A stretch of 44,733 nucleotides of DNA, counting the filler, from Jimgerdemannia flammicorona (Eukaryota): the NCBI GenBank assembly GCA_003990765.1. It is 2 parts of 2 records of this genome, joined end to end, with 100 filler letters (N's around TTAATTAATTAA, not from the genome) between each part and the next. Parts side by side here need not be neighbours in the genome. Positions count along the whole stretch, not along the records: positions 22,418 to 44,733 come from RBNJ01001303.1; 1 more part is not named here. One strand, given 5' to 3'. The translations under genes were made by a program, and so were the position numbers. The notes beneath the pieces were generated by a model. The model saw only the letters and a list, made by a program, of their open reading frames with translations. It made no database searches and had not been told where the DNA came from. Below are positions 31,001 through 43,611 of the stretch, piece after piece (positions within the stretch are counted from its first letter, which is position 1; each line of letters begins with the position of its first letter).

Positions 31001-32556
31001 CAGAATATGAACTTGACTGAGCTGAATCTTAACGGTATGTCAGAATTGTGTGAAGCATTGTGTGCGACTGCGTGATGGAGTTAAGCTAAATATCTTTGCT
31101 TGTTCTCCTATCTCCTGCTCATTATAAAGATAATAATATTGGCGAGAGAGGGGCACGCGCCCTAGCCATTTCTCTGAAGAAGAACACAGCCTTGGCCAAG
31201 TTGAATATCTCCTGTATGTATGTCAGAAAGCATTGTGTCTGACTGCATGATGGAAGCAAGTTGACGATCTTTGCACGTTCACCCACCTTCTTTTCATTTT
31301 AAAGATAATAATATTGGTGAGAAAGGAGCACGCGCCCTAGCCGAGTCTCTGAAACAAAATACGACCTTGATCGAGCTGAATCTAAAAGGTATGTCGGAAC
31401 TCTGTGAAGAATTGTGTGCGGCTGCGTGATGGAATCATACAAATGCTCTCTGCATGTTCGCTCATCCGCTAGAGAATACGATTGGAAAGGCGGGGGCACG
31501 TGCCCTAGCGGAGTCCTTCAAACAGAACACGAGCTTGACCAAGCTGAATCTTGAACGTATGTCGGAACTGTGCGAAGCTTGTGTGCGGCTACATGATGAA
31601 ATCGGGCTAAAGATACGCATGTGCGTATCCTCTGACCCTATGTTCATTTTAAAGGGAATGGAATTGGTGAAGAGGGGGCACACGCTATAGCCGAGTCTCT
31701 GAAGCATAACACGACCTTGACCGAAGTGAATATCGAAGGTATGTCGGAACTGTGTGAAGCATTGTGTGCGGTTGCATGAAGAAATTAGGCTAACGATACG
31801 CATCAGCGTGTTCGCTGACACTATGTTGATTTTAAAGGGAATGGAATTGGTGAAGAGAGGTTACACGCCATAGTCGAGTCTCTGAAGCATAACACGACCT
31901 TGACTGAAGTAAATATTGAAGGTATGTCGGAACTGTGTGAAGCATTGTGTGTGGTTGCATGAAGAAATCAGGCCAATAATACGCACGTGTGCGTTCGCTG
32001 ACCCTATGTTCGTTTTAAAGAGAAGAGAATTGGTGCCGCGCCAGCCGCCACTCCGATTATGGGTGACCCTCTCCCCCACCATCGGCTACGGCAGTCGCCC
32101 ATCCGCAGGGTCCGCTTTGTGCTCGATAACTCCACCGCATACTTCCGTTACGACATCGTTCGTGAGGGCTACGAAGTCTTCTACGTCCTAGACCAAACGC
32201 CGCTCGAAGTCCTGCAATCCATCAGAGACAGTGATGTAGCGGTGCTTACCCTTGACCAGAGCTACGCTAATTTTTCCAGGACTTCCGACAGGAAACCCGT
32301 CCTCATCCTCCCGCCCATGTTCCTGCCAATCGACGAAAACCGCAAAAGAAAGCGAGAATGGTTGGCACAGCTGTTGAGAAGCCATGATCAGATCGTATTG
32401 CTCCGCATGTTCCCGATACGCACATTCACGGCTCATTCACTCAGGCATGGGTGGTGGAGGCTGGAAGAAGTAAGCGGGACGTTTATTCCGCCGCCGGTAA
32501 ATTCTACTAAATCAGTTCTAGCTAATAGGATGCTAGGGCGTTCTCGAAGACTATAG
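28060..32556 (+). CDS. TKL-type kinase + 14 RI-like (28-aa) LRRs + C-terminal PIN-like domain, ~989 aa, 17 exons
   Basis: Exons 28060-28383, 28472-29405, fourteen 84-nt exons from 29553 to 31921, and 32021-32556 splice into one stop-free 2970-nt frame. Kinase motifs AEGGFANVY, VAAK, HQDLHAGN, DVG, YFPPE, SDIYCLG. LRR consensus NxIGxxGARALAESLKQNTTLTxLNLxx. Confidence 0.9.
29553..32020 (+). repeat. Tandem exon+intron repeat array, 14 units of 157-183 bp
   Basis: Each unit is an 84-nt exon plus a 73-99-nt intron starting GTATGT. Most introns share GAAGCATTGTGTGCGGCTGCATGATG-like cores. Confidence 0.95.
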
Positions 32557-32769
32557 AGGCAAATGAGGCAAAGTACGAGGAATACGAACGATAGAATGTA
32601 GGATGTTAGGTGAAACACTTGATAGTTTACGTACTCTTTTATTCGAAACGGCGAACAGTCTCATCTGAAATTTCAGCAAAGCTGACATTGCCTTTTGGCC
32701 AATAAACGGAGTGATAAAACTGGATTCGTTTACCTCACTTCATGCCTTACTCAGACTTGCGAGTATAGC

Positions 32770-35700
32770 GTACATCTATAAGATTTATTAGATGTTTTTG
32801 ATAATTATTTCAGAAGAGTAGAGTGTGAAATCCTAAAAAAAAAATCAATTTGATATCTTAACTATCAACTATTATACAGTTGCTTTTAAGATAATTAGCA
32901 ACTTAGAATTTAATCTAGTTGATATCTTCTACTGTCAGATATATGATATTTCAGAGAGTAACTTCTTAAAGATACATATATAATGTAATCAGAATGAATA
33001 ACTTCAAAGAAGATATAAATAAAGATACAATTATATGATCTGGTAATAATTTCATAAATGAGTTATATATAATAAAAAGTTAAGTAAGATAAATAATATA
33101 AAAATACTATAGTAAGTTATTATTGAGATGACAACTCAATATATAGGTACATGACTTTATATGCCATCAGTATTATATCATTTATCATTAATATGTAAAA
33201 TATACAACTTATATATTTTGAATAAATTGCTTCTTTTATTCATTATAATAATTACTTAACTCATTATATAATACTATGACTGGTGTTTTGAAATAAATTT
33301 ATTCCAATATACTAACTGGTATTTTAGAACAAAACTTATCTTAACAAATATAAATTATCTGAAATAGTCAAGTATTAGTTAGTTAAATTATCATATATTA
33401 GTATCAATACAAATAAATACTCTAATAGTAAGTCAGTAATAAATCAGTCTTAATTTAGTATAGTTCTTTATATAGCTAAATAGTTTAGAGAAGATGCTAT
33501 ATCTAGATGCTCTGATCTCAATACCTTTTTATATATCACAAGTACTCTTTTATTATAACAGTGACCTCAGAATGATGATATCAGCATAGGAGACAGCCTT
33601 TCCTTACAAGCAACCAGATCATTTTGACAAAGTAACTTGGGGCTCAAGCTAATCTAAATAGTACTTCATCTTGCTTAAGATTAATAACACTATCTTCAGA
33701 ATACCCAAGTATCCCAAACTCAAGGAATAACTCAGAAAGTAAATCAGAACCAAAATCAGAACTAGAAGACAGTAATGATGAAATGGCCACCTCAATATCA
33801 ATCTTTGTAAAATATCTAGAAGATCTGAGAGAATTTCTTAATAGAATTGAAGAAATAGAAGATCTATAGAATCTCTCTATCTAGAGAAAAGTTATCATTT
33901 TTAAGGCCCAACTCAGAGAACCTATCAAGGAAATTTTTATGAATAGATGCACTTTGAGGACCTTAGTTTATATCAATTACCTCAAGATATACTTACTATC
34001 TATATATTAAACTAGAAGATTGACCAATACCTCCAGACCCTTACTCTCAGTAACTTCCAAGCCCTATCAGTTCTCTTGCCTCAGTTCTGAGAAACCAATA
34101 GAATCTGTCTTCAATAAATTCAAATATATGTATGAAGAAAACCTTATCTTGGCAAAACATCTACTGCAGATCTATCAACTATAGGCCTACTATATAATTA
34201 GTCAACTACTACAAAACCTTTTATCTTCAGAACAGACCAATATCTATAATACCACTGGTATGTTCTGAAGAAATACTATTATAGCTATAACTTCCAAAGA
34301 ATAACAATATCTATCTATCTAAACATTATCAATCATATTGAAGTTCTGTTCTCTGAGGAAGAAGAAGAGCTATTAAAATGAAAAAAATTCAGATACTAAA
34401 GAATATAATAGTACAGGTATTATACTTAAGATATCTATATATACTATAATAATGACTAAAGAACAGTCTGGAGACAGATTACTCTTTAATAGAGACTGAT
34501 GTAATAAGAGAATAATATAGTATATTCAGATGATATAAATACTCAGCATAGTATAGTTATCTATTTCTAGTTACCTATATACTCTTACTTATAATTAGTA
34601 AGATACTAAATAATATTTATTGATTTATATTCTAAGGATATACCTGTATCTATTAGATACATCTGTATCCATTAGACAAATCTATACTTATTAGATATAT
34701 CTGTATCTAGTAGATATACCTGATCACTCTCTATTCTCAAAATAGTATTACTGTATATTCTATAGTTAGCTATATAGTAACCAGATAGTAATTATAACTA
34801 TATAGAATATCTCAGAGATAAGAGTGAATAATCCTCAGTCTGAAATTGAAATAAAAAGGCAAAAGATAAGCCTGCTTACTATACTTTAAGAAATATATCT
34901 TTGAAGAGCCATATGATCCAGAAAGAATTATAATACTTAGGAGAAATACCAACTATAAAGCAACTTTAGAATATTGTGAGCTAGAGGTTCTTTTTACTCT
35001 AGTCCACTTTCTAATACAAAGAATTTGTCTTACATAACCAGTCTAGTATAAGATATACTTTTATATTAAATATCCATTTATATAAATAAAGTAGTTTTCA
35101 ATATAACTATATTAGAAACCTACTGCTTAAGAAAGCTAAGTTATTATTTAAAACAAGCTACTAATTTAGAAGAATCTGCACTATTTAAGTTAATCTACCA
35201 ATTCAGAAAGTTTTACATTCTCTAAATAGTCTGCCAAATTGTCAGCTCACTACTAATAAAGAATACTATCTAGAATCATATAGAAATTATATTCTTTTTT
35301 TGAATAAGATTATTGTACAGAAATTACATACTTTTGAAAATAGGATCATTATATAGAAATTATATAAGAAAATTACTCATACCATATAAAGATCATCTGC
35401 TATCATTTATTTCAAAAGAATCATCCATATCAAAGAACTATCTCAATTAGAAAATCATACAAATTATCCACAATAAGAATAGGAGAGCTTGTTCAGATAT
35501 TTGAATTTTTCTATTATATAGCTAAATATCAGAATATTAGGAAATATAGAACATTTTATTACTTTTTAATAAAGTAACTAGAGGCTTAAGCTAATTTACA
35601 TAGTAGTCTCAAACTTGTAATTTGCCTTTATTAAGCTGATATATTACAATACTCAGTACAGAGACTATTTAAATAAATTAGATAATTATTACTAAATATA

Positions 35701-36780
35701 AAGTACTAGATATATTTATATATATCTAGTTATACAAAATATGATATATATCTAGTTATACAAAATATGATATATAACTACTAAGTTGAAATTTCTGTTA
35801 TAAATTCTATTACAAATTCTATTAGTATTATAGATAGTATTTAATAATAATGTCAGTTACTTATTACTATATAATGAACTATTATATCTTTTTTCTTTTT
35901 ATTTAAATATATTTACTTAAATCTAAACCAAACTTCTGATATTTATTAAATTGAAGTATAGTATACTAAGTAACTTAAAAGTTTATATTGTACTAATTTT
36001 TATTAGTTAAGTTAGTAATATTTTCAAAGAATACTCCTCAGAGATAATTAATGACTTGTAGTTAGTATAATGTAGCAGATACATAACTATGTAAATATGG
36101 CAAATTCTGAAATTCATATAAAGAGAAAAAGAGTATATAAAGAAGATACTGGAGATATTTATACAAGTGTGCTAGCTATAGGGTGATTAAGTTATATATG
36201 AGTTACTTTTTACAAGTATTGAATCTTTTCAATATCTACTAGGATTTCACTGATTGCAAAATATTTTAATATCTGTATAATCTTTAGCAATTGTTAAAGT
36301 TTCTGTACTTTGTAAAATATAACTGCTATTTATAAGACTAAGCTATATTTCAGAATTGGATTCAGGTACCTTGATCAAATTTCTATGCTTCTGATTTATA
36401 TTTCTAATTTATACCATATGTCACATCTTCCCTCTAAATAGGTTATTTTTAATATAAAAATATCTATTCAAATTTCTATATTATAATATTTATATATTTA
36501 TTCCCCTTACATAGACATATTTGTGATATATCTAAGCAATTGTCAAAATGTTTTTTGAGAACCCAAAAAGTCTTCAAATAATTAATTTAGATAATAGTAT
36601 ATATATTATCAAAAGGGATTAATTCTTATAATGTTGTCCCTCAAACTAAGGAGTGATCTGACTATTAACTCAATTATACAATCCTTTGAAGAGTATCTAT
36701 TATTCAATATTGATAGTTTACAGAAATGAGAGTAACAACCAGAACAACCAATTAACAGCAGATGATGCAGACAAAATAAT
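32770..36780. mobile_element. Heavily eroded AT-rich transposon relics, including a probable Ty3/gypsy gag-like remnant
   Basis: CpG-poor and stop-riddled. From 33783 (+) it reads MATSISIFVKYLEDLREFLNRIE, compatible with a C-to-T/G-to-A-eroded gag P..F.G..ED..EFL motif. A weak integrase-like trace (IITKYKVLDIFI) lies near 35690. Confidence 0.4.
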
Positions 36781-36781
36781 G

Positions 36782-36783
<2 letters not shown>

Positions 36784-36841
<58 letters not shown>

Positions 36842-39607
36842 GTCACTTGGACTTTCCTTTATTACCTCAATCTATAATAATAATACAATATCACCTGCAT
36901 TCCCTCAACCGATATCCTTCAGATCTCCCTCTCTACCCTCTATCCCCTCCTGTCAAAGGATAACTTGGTCACTCACTACTTGAATCCTCTCTCTACTTTT
37001 CTGGCAAATACAATTCACCAAACTTCAGTGGCTCCCCCCACCTGGTCCCCACCCTCTCTACCAGCCATTCCCAATATACCACCCTAGTCCCAATTCCAAC
37101 CTGCTGGCTCTCCTTAAATATATATAACCAATGCCTGGCCAGCCCAACCCAAATTGCTAGAGCTCAACCCAGGGTCAACTATTCATCTCCAACCCCTCCC
37201 ACTAGCCTTTAGCGGAGCTCTCCCCATCTCCTCCTGTCCCCTCTCACCAGGGCCTACAATCCTAACCAGTCTGCAATATGGTGCCAAAACTCCCCTAAAA
37301 TGTCACACTTGCCAAGCCAATGTTTAGATATTTGTAGCACTCCCCCTTCCTGTCCAACATCCAAACATTCCTCACACTCAAATGTGCCATCTGCCACCAA
37401 GTGTCCAGACTGATAGTTCAACATCATATTCCTCCTTAGAAACTGCCACCACACTACTCAGAACTTGGGGGGAAGCCACCACATCATATGCTTGCTCTAA
37501 GGCCAAAAACCATTCCAGTCCCACTCCTTGCCAATCCCTACCCTCTGCCATGCCTCAGGCCACAGGTCCCCCCCTAAGCTCGACATATACTCCATTCCAT
37601 TACCAAGCTGGAAATCCTCCACCAAAGTACCATCCAGCAAAAGCCTGTCCCATCTCCACATCTGCAGTCTCCAATCTTTCTCTCCCTCAGCCCCCTACCA
37701 CCAAAGTCCAATTCTCCTAACACCATCCACCACCCCCCACCAAAAGCCCCTATACTGCATCCTCTTGCTCCCCTCCAGGGCCACCAATGCAAACAGATCG
37801 CCAGATGCTCTACAGGGGGAATACTGGACCTCCCATACCCTCTGCATGAGTGGAACCCACTCCTGGCCCCTTAACTAGCTTGTCATCATCAGCCACCATG
37901 CTTGCAAGCAATGAAGGCATTTGGTAAAGTCCACCAAGCCTAGCCTGCCTTTGTCCACAGATAGGGTCAGAACCTCCCATCCTATCTGACTTCACTGCCC
38001 AGCCCAGATCCATGATCTTGTCATCTTCAAAAGTCACCTGACCACCCATGCTGAGAAGTCCAGATGATAACCCACATACCACAGCTTCAGCAACCAATAT
38101 ACATTCAGCACCATCACCCTTTCTGCCAAGGATATATACTGATCACCCCACCATAAGTATATATCACACCATACTAGGAGTTGCTGTTCCCACCAAGCAC
38201 AGGGCAGGAGAGACCCATATATCAAAAATTAGATCCCCAGGTAGTGAACTGGCTCTCCTGCTGGCACCACTATTCCAATCATGTCACCACTAACTATTCT
38301 GCCATCTAGCACCAGAGTCTTGTACTTGTGCCAATTGAGTCTAGCACCAGAGCCCCTCTCATACCATTTCACAGTCCTCCTCAATTTCTCCACATCTGCC
38401 AGCATACCCAGTCTGACCACCATATCATCTGCAAAGGCCCCCACTTTCCAATTAATCTTCAGAATGTCCAAACTCCCAATTTGATACTGGATCCTGTCCA
38501 ATAGGGGCTTTAAGTAGAGGATATATAAGATGGGTGACAAAGGGTCACCTTGTGGCACCCCCTGACTAAGTGGAAAAGTTACACTCTTATGTCCATTGAT
38601 TATCAATACTGCCTGACTGTTTTCCAAAAGACTGATTAGTGACCTCCTGAACTCTAGAGAAACACCACCTATTTCAGCACCCTCTCCAGCCAGATCCTCC
38701 TTACTCTGTCATATGTCTTCTCCTGATCCAGAAATACTAATCTGCCATTAACCCTGGCCACCTGAGCCCCTTCAATCATACCATGGACCCAGGCTGTCTC
38801 ATCTTGGATCAACCAACCACCAACAAATCCTCTCTGCTCTACTCCCAGTACTTGCTAAGCAATCCCCTATAGTCTGGTCACTAAGACCTTTGTCACCAGC
38901 TTGCAGTTTATGTCAAGGAGTATGATCAGTTCCAGTTCTTCCAATCTTCCCTTCTCCCCTTATCCTTATAGATCAAGGAGACCAGCCCTAGACACTGGAC
39001 CCCAATCCAGGTCTCAGACTGAAGAATCTCATCATATATGGCCATCAACTCCTCCAATACTACCTCCACCCCAGCTATCTTTTTCCAAAATCCTAGAGAA
39101 GTCCATCCTCTCCCAGAGCTGTCCCCTTACTTGTTGAAACCAGAACCTCACAAATTTCCAACCCCCTCACTGGGTCTCCCAGAGTCTCCAGACCCATTGC
39201 TGGGTCTAGATGCCAATCCTCCAACTGCCTTTCAATGTCTGAGGCATCCTCACCCCCTTCTTCCTCACTCCATAGGTGCCCCCAGTAGGACCTTAACAAT
39301 CCCAGAATGGCTGGAGTCCCTACCACTATCTCCCCATCCTCATTTAAGAGACCATCCCACTGCTGTTTAGTTCTCCATGCCTGTAGCATCTGAAATAAGA
39401 TATGGGTCTTTCTCCCTCCTCCAACCCTTGGCACCTCAGCCTTACTACCATCCCCTTTAAGTTAATCTCCTCCTCCAATTATATCACTTCCTTAAGCTTC
39501 TCGACTTCCTTTTGAATCTACATAATATGCTAGTCTGCCACCTTCCAATCCTCAAGCACTCCTGCTCATCTCTCCAGAAGTACTGCCAGTCACTATGAAG
39601 CCCAAAG
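36784..39607 (-). mobile_element. Degenerate non-LTR retrotransposon (L1/Tx1-like ORF2), 5'-interrupted, with poly(A) tail
   Basis: Minus-strand RT motifs GEDGL, DQEKTYD, GVPQGDPLSPILY and AFADD, a Cys/Trp-rich C-terminal region (CEEC), multiple stops, and a 55-nt T run at 36784-36838 forming the poly(A) tail. Confidence 0.88.
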
Positions 39608-40711
39608 TATAGTACACCATACTTATACTCAACCTTTTTGCTACTCCTTTTTAATGTATTTAATAAAAAAATATAAAAAATCATAAATTGATATAAAATC
39701 CTGTCAAGTTTAATCAAATAGAGAGCTTTTTTTATTATTATATATAATATTTTAATAAAAATAGTTTTTTTTACTATTCCATAGTGGATACCATAACTGG
39801 TCACAATTTCGGCCTTAAATTAAGCACTTTCACAAAGTCAAATTAATCAAAAAGGCAACTCATGAGGCCAGTCACAATTTCAGCAGGTCTAAAAGTCACT
39901 TTTACAAAGCCAAATCTCAAATATTTGAAATTATATTAGCTGAATATTTTATTTACTGAGTTCTCCTTTGTTGAGATCCTCTTTATTGAATTCTCTCTTC
40001 AACTAATCTCATTCTTACTGAGTTTCTCTTTATTAATATGAAATAAGCTAATTATATAATATTTTTTAAAGTGAAAAATTATAATATTATATTATTGCAC
40101 AGCACTTATATTCAACTTTTTGCTACTCCTTTTTAACAGATTTAATAAAAAAATAATAAAAATCATAAATTGATAAAATATTCTATTAAGTTTAATCAAA
40201 TAGAGAGCTTTTTTTATTTTTATATATAATATTTTAATAAAAATGATTTTTTTACTATTTTATAACTTAAAATATCATAATTTATAAATCTCTTCTCCTC
40301 TGTATTGGCTATATTAAAAAAATATATTATTAAAAATATACATAATAAATATTATCTACTTTAATCAAATAGTGAGTTTTTTTTTATTTTTATTTTAGTT
40401 ATAATAATATATAAATTTAAATAATATAGTTATATAGAACTGAAATTGTGACCTGCCTTTCACTTATCTCTCTAGTCACAATATTGGCCTTAAAATTGTG
40501 ACCAGCCTTTCACAGGCATGGATTTGGCTTTAAAAATTATGACTGAGGGGAATGAATGTGACATCTACATTTTATTTCTAACTCAGCTGTAAGATCGTTC
40601 ATTTGACAATACTGTCAACAATCTTTCTCAACATCTTACAAAACCAAGGTATGTAATATATATATATATATTCAGTAATAAATATAGAGGAGATACCATC
40701 CAAACACCCTG

Positions 40712-41029
40712 ACTCGTCTCAATTGTCCATTTCATCTCAATCGTCCATCTCATCTCAATTGTCTGTCTCATTTCAATCATCCATCTCATCTCAATCGTCC
40801 ATCTCATCTCAATCGTCCGTCTCATCTCAATTGTCCATCTTGTCTCAATCATCCATCTCATCTCAATCGTCCGTCTCGTCTCAATCATCCATCTTGTCTC
40901 AATCATCCATCTTGTCTCAATCGTCTGTCTCATCTCAATTGTCCATCTCATCTCAATTGTCTGTCCTGTCCTGTCCCATTATCTCAATCGTCCATCCAGT
41001 CCCATCTCATTTCAATTGTCCGTCCAGCC

Positions 41030-41065
<36 letters not shown>

Positions 41066-41250
41066 GCAATAAATATAGAGGAGATACCATCCACACCCCG
41101 TCTTGTCTCAATCATCTATCTCGCCTCAATCGTCCATCTTGTCTCAATCATCCATCTCGTTTCAATCGTCCATCCCGTCTCAATTGTCCATCTCATCTCA
41201 ATCATCTGTCTTGTCTCAATCATTCATTCTATCATCTCAATCGTCCATCC
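40712..41250 (+). repeat. 18-bp minisatellite CTCATCTCAATCGTCCAT in the left arm, two blocks split by a (TA)n module
   Basis: Tandem copies are directly visible and produce the spurious 6-aa-repeat ORFs in the track. Confidence 0.92.
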
Positions 41251-41335
41251 AGTCAAGACCTCTACCACATTCACCCAAATCACCTTTCTATAAATTTTAC
41301 TAAATTATTAAATATATATTTTTAGTTATAACAAA

Positions 41336-43471
41336 ATGCCAAGACTAGCTAAACAAAGCCAGCACTTATAAGTTTTAAGATATCATAAACTTGAGGAAGA
41401 AATTATAGGTATGTAAATATTATTATATAAATATTAATAATATTAATAATATATTAATTATAATTCTAATTCTAATTATAATATAGATGATAATAATAAG
41501 AGAGTAGAAGATGATGAAGATGAAGAAGAAGATGAAGATGATGATGATGAGAGAGAAGAAGATGATGATGAGAGAGAAGATGATGAGGAAGAAGAAGAAG
41601 ATGATGATGATATAGATAAAGATGAGAATACAGATGAAGATGAAGATAGTGATGATGATGAAGATGATAAAGATGATGATGAAGATGATGATGATGACAA
41701 AGATAAAAAAACTGATAGTAGCTGGGAACCTCACATCACTGCACTTAAAGTTCATATGAAGAGTTTGGAGAATCTATCTTTAAATTATATTCTAAAATAT
41801 CATCATATATCACAATATATGGTATTTAGAAATAATAATAGAAGTACTTCTCAAGCTAGTCAACTGATTGCAGAAAGTATCAACAAAGGCTTATACTATG
41901 CAAAGCTTTTGAGAAGATAGATACAAAATTGGATTGACAACAAAACTCTTCCTATTTCTCAGCAAGGAAGACATGCTAAGAAGAAAAGTCTTCTTAAAGA
42001 TAAAAACATTAAACTTGCAGTTCAAACTTATTTAGAAAAGAACAAGTTTACTGCTACTCCAAAATCTCTTAAAAAACATTTAGAAAAAGAGATTTTGTCA
42101 ACATCAGCAGAATTTATAAAAATTCATGAAGATACAGCAAGAAGATGGATGCTAAAGATGGGCTATACTTATAGTAGGCGCAGAAAAGGACTTTATGTTG
42201 ATGGTCATGAAAGAGATGATGTTAAAGTATCCCGTGAATAATTTTTAAAGCAGATGGCTGACTGGAAACCATTTATGATTCAATATGATGAAGATTTTCA
42301 ACCATTATAATATAATATTTCTCTTGGACAACAACATATTCTGGTGACACATGATGAGGCTAATTTCAATGCTAATGATGATCTAAACTATGGATGGGGA
42401 CCAAAAGGACAATTTCCTTTAAGACAAAAAAAGTAGAGGTGCTAGTATAATGGTCAGTGACTTTCTACTGGATACTGTTGGAAGGCTGGCTATATCTGAG
42501 GAACAATATAAAGATATTAAGAGTCCAAAGCCTTCAAGAGAAGCTTATTGTCTACTTGAAATTGAAAAAGCTAAAAAAGATTATTGGACTGGAAATGATC
42601 TAATAGATCAGGTATGTATATTTATAATAATAATTAAATTTATTAAACAGATAAAATAAAAATACTTATAATATAAATTAATATTATATTATTAGATTAA
42701 AACCAAAGCTATTCTAATTTTCAATACTATTCATCCCAACTATATGGCAGTATTTGCATTTGATCATAGTCAAGGATATTCAATGTATGTATCAGATGCT
42801 TTATTTGCTCACAAGATGAACCTTGGACCTGGTGGAAAACAGCCACTTATGAGAACTACAAAGTTTAACAATATCACTCAAGAAATGGTATTTTTATCAA
42901 AATATGAAATTGTTAAACTGCATGGTAAAGCAAAGGGCCTGAAATAAGTACTTGAAGAAAGAAATCTTTGGAGAGAAAATTTAAGAAGAAAATGCAAGGA
43001 AAAATGCAAGAAAGAAGATTGTTGTGCTGTACAAATTCTATCTCTTCAAGAAGATTTTAAAGCACAGAAGCCACTTATTCAAGAAGTTATTAAAAAAATA
43101 GGTCATAAATATATTTTTTATCCTAAGTTCCACTGTGAACTCAATTATATTGAATATTTTTGGAGCAGTGTAAAAAGGTATTGCAGGTATGTAATATATA
43201 TTATTAAATTATAATTATAATTTAATAATAATGTTAATTATTATATTTATTAATTATAATATTTAGAACTCATTGCAATTATACATGGACTGGACTGAAG
43301 CAGAATATTCCAAAAGCTTTGGCCTCTGTTGATCTTATTACAATTAGAAAATATGCATATCATTCACAAAAATATATGAATGCATATCAAAAAGGACTTG
43401 TATTGGCTGATGCAGAAAATGATGTTAAAAAATATCATTTATATCGCCATGTCTCTCAAAATGTTATTTAG
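41336..43471 (+). pseudogene. Intron-containing DDE transposase, inactivated by stops
   Basis: Motifs LYVDGHERDDV, VTHDEANFNAND, VFAFDHS, MNLGPGGKQP and FYPKFHCELNYIE. Three AT-rich GTATGT..AG introns start near 41409, 42612 and 43187. Acidic D/E tract at 41487-41700. In-frame stops at e.g. 41369, 41918, 42239 and 42945. Confidence 0.85.
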
Positions 43472-43611
43472 CCAAGGCATGAGTTAGCTGCCTGATATAT
43501 TATATAAATAACTCTATCAAATATATTTAGTTTTTTACCAAGTTTCTCTTCAGGCCTGATAAATTTTAAAGTCATAGAGGTAGCCAATTTGGCTTTAGTT
43601 TAAGGTCAATC

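Noticed and set aside
29553..32020. Regular repeat-spacer pattern suggestive of a CRISPR array
   Set aside because: The units are coding LRR exons bounded by AG/GT, the 'spacers' are homologous introns, and the context is eukaryotic with no cas genes.
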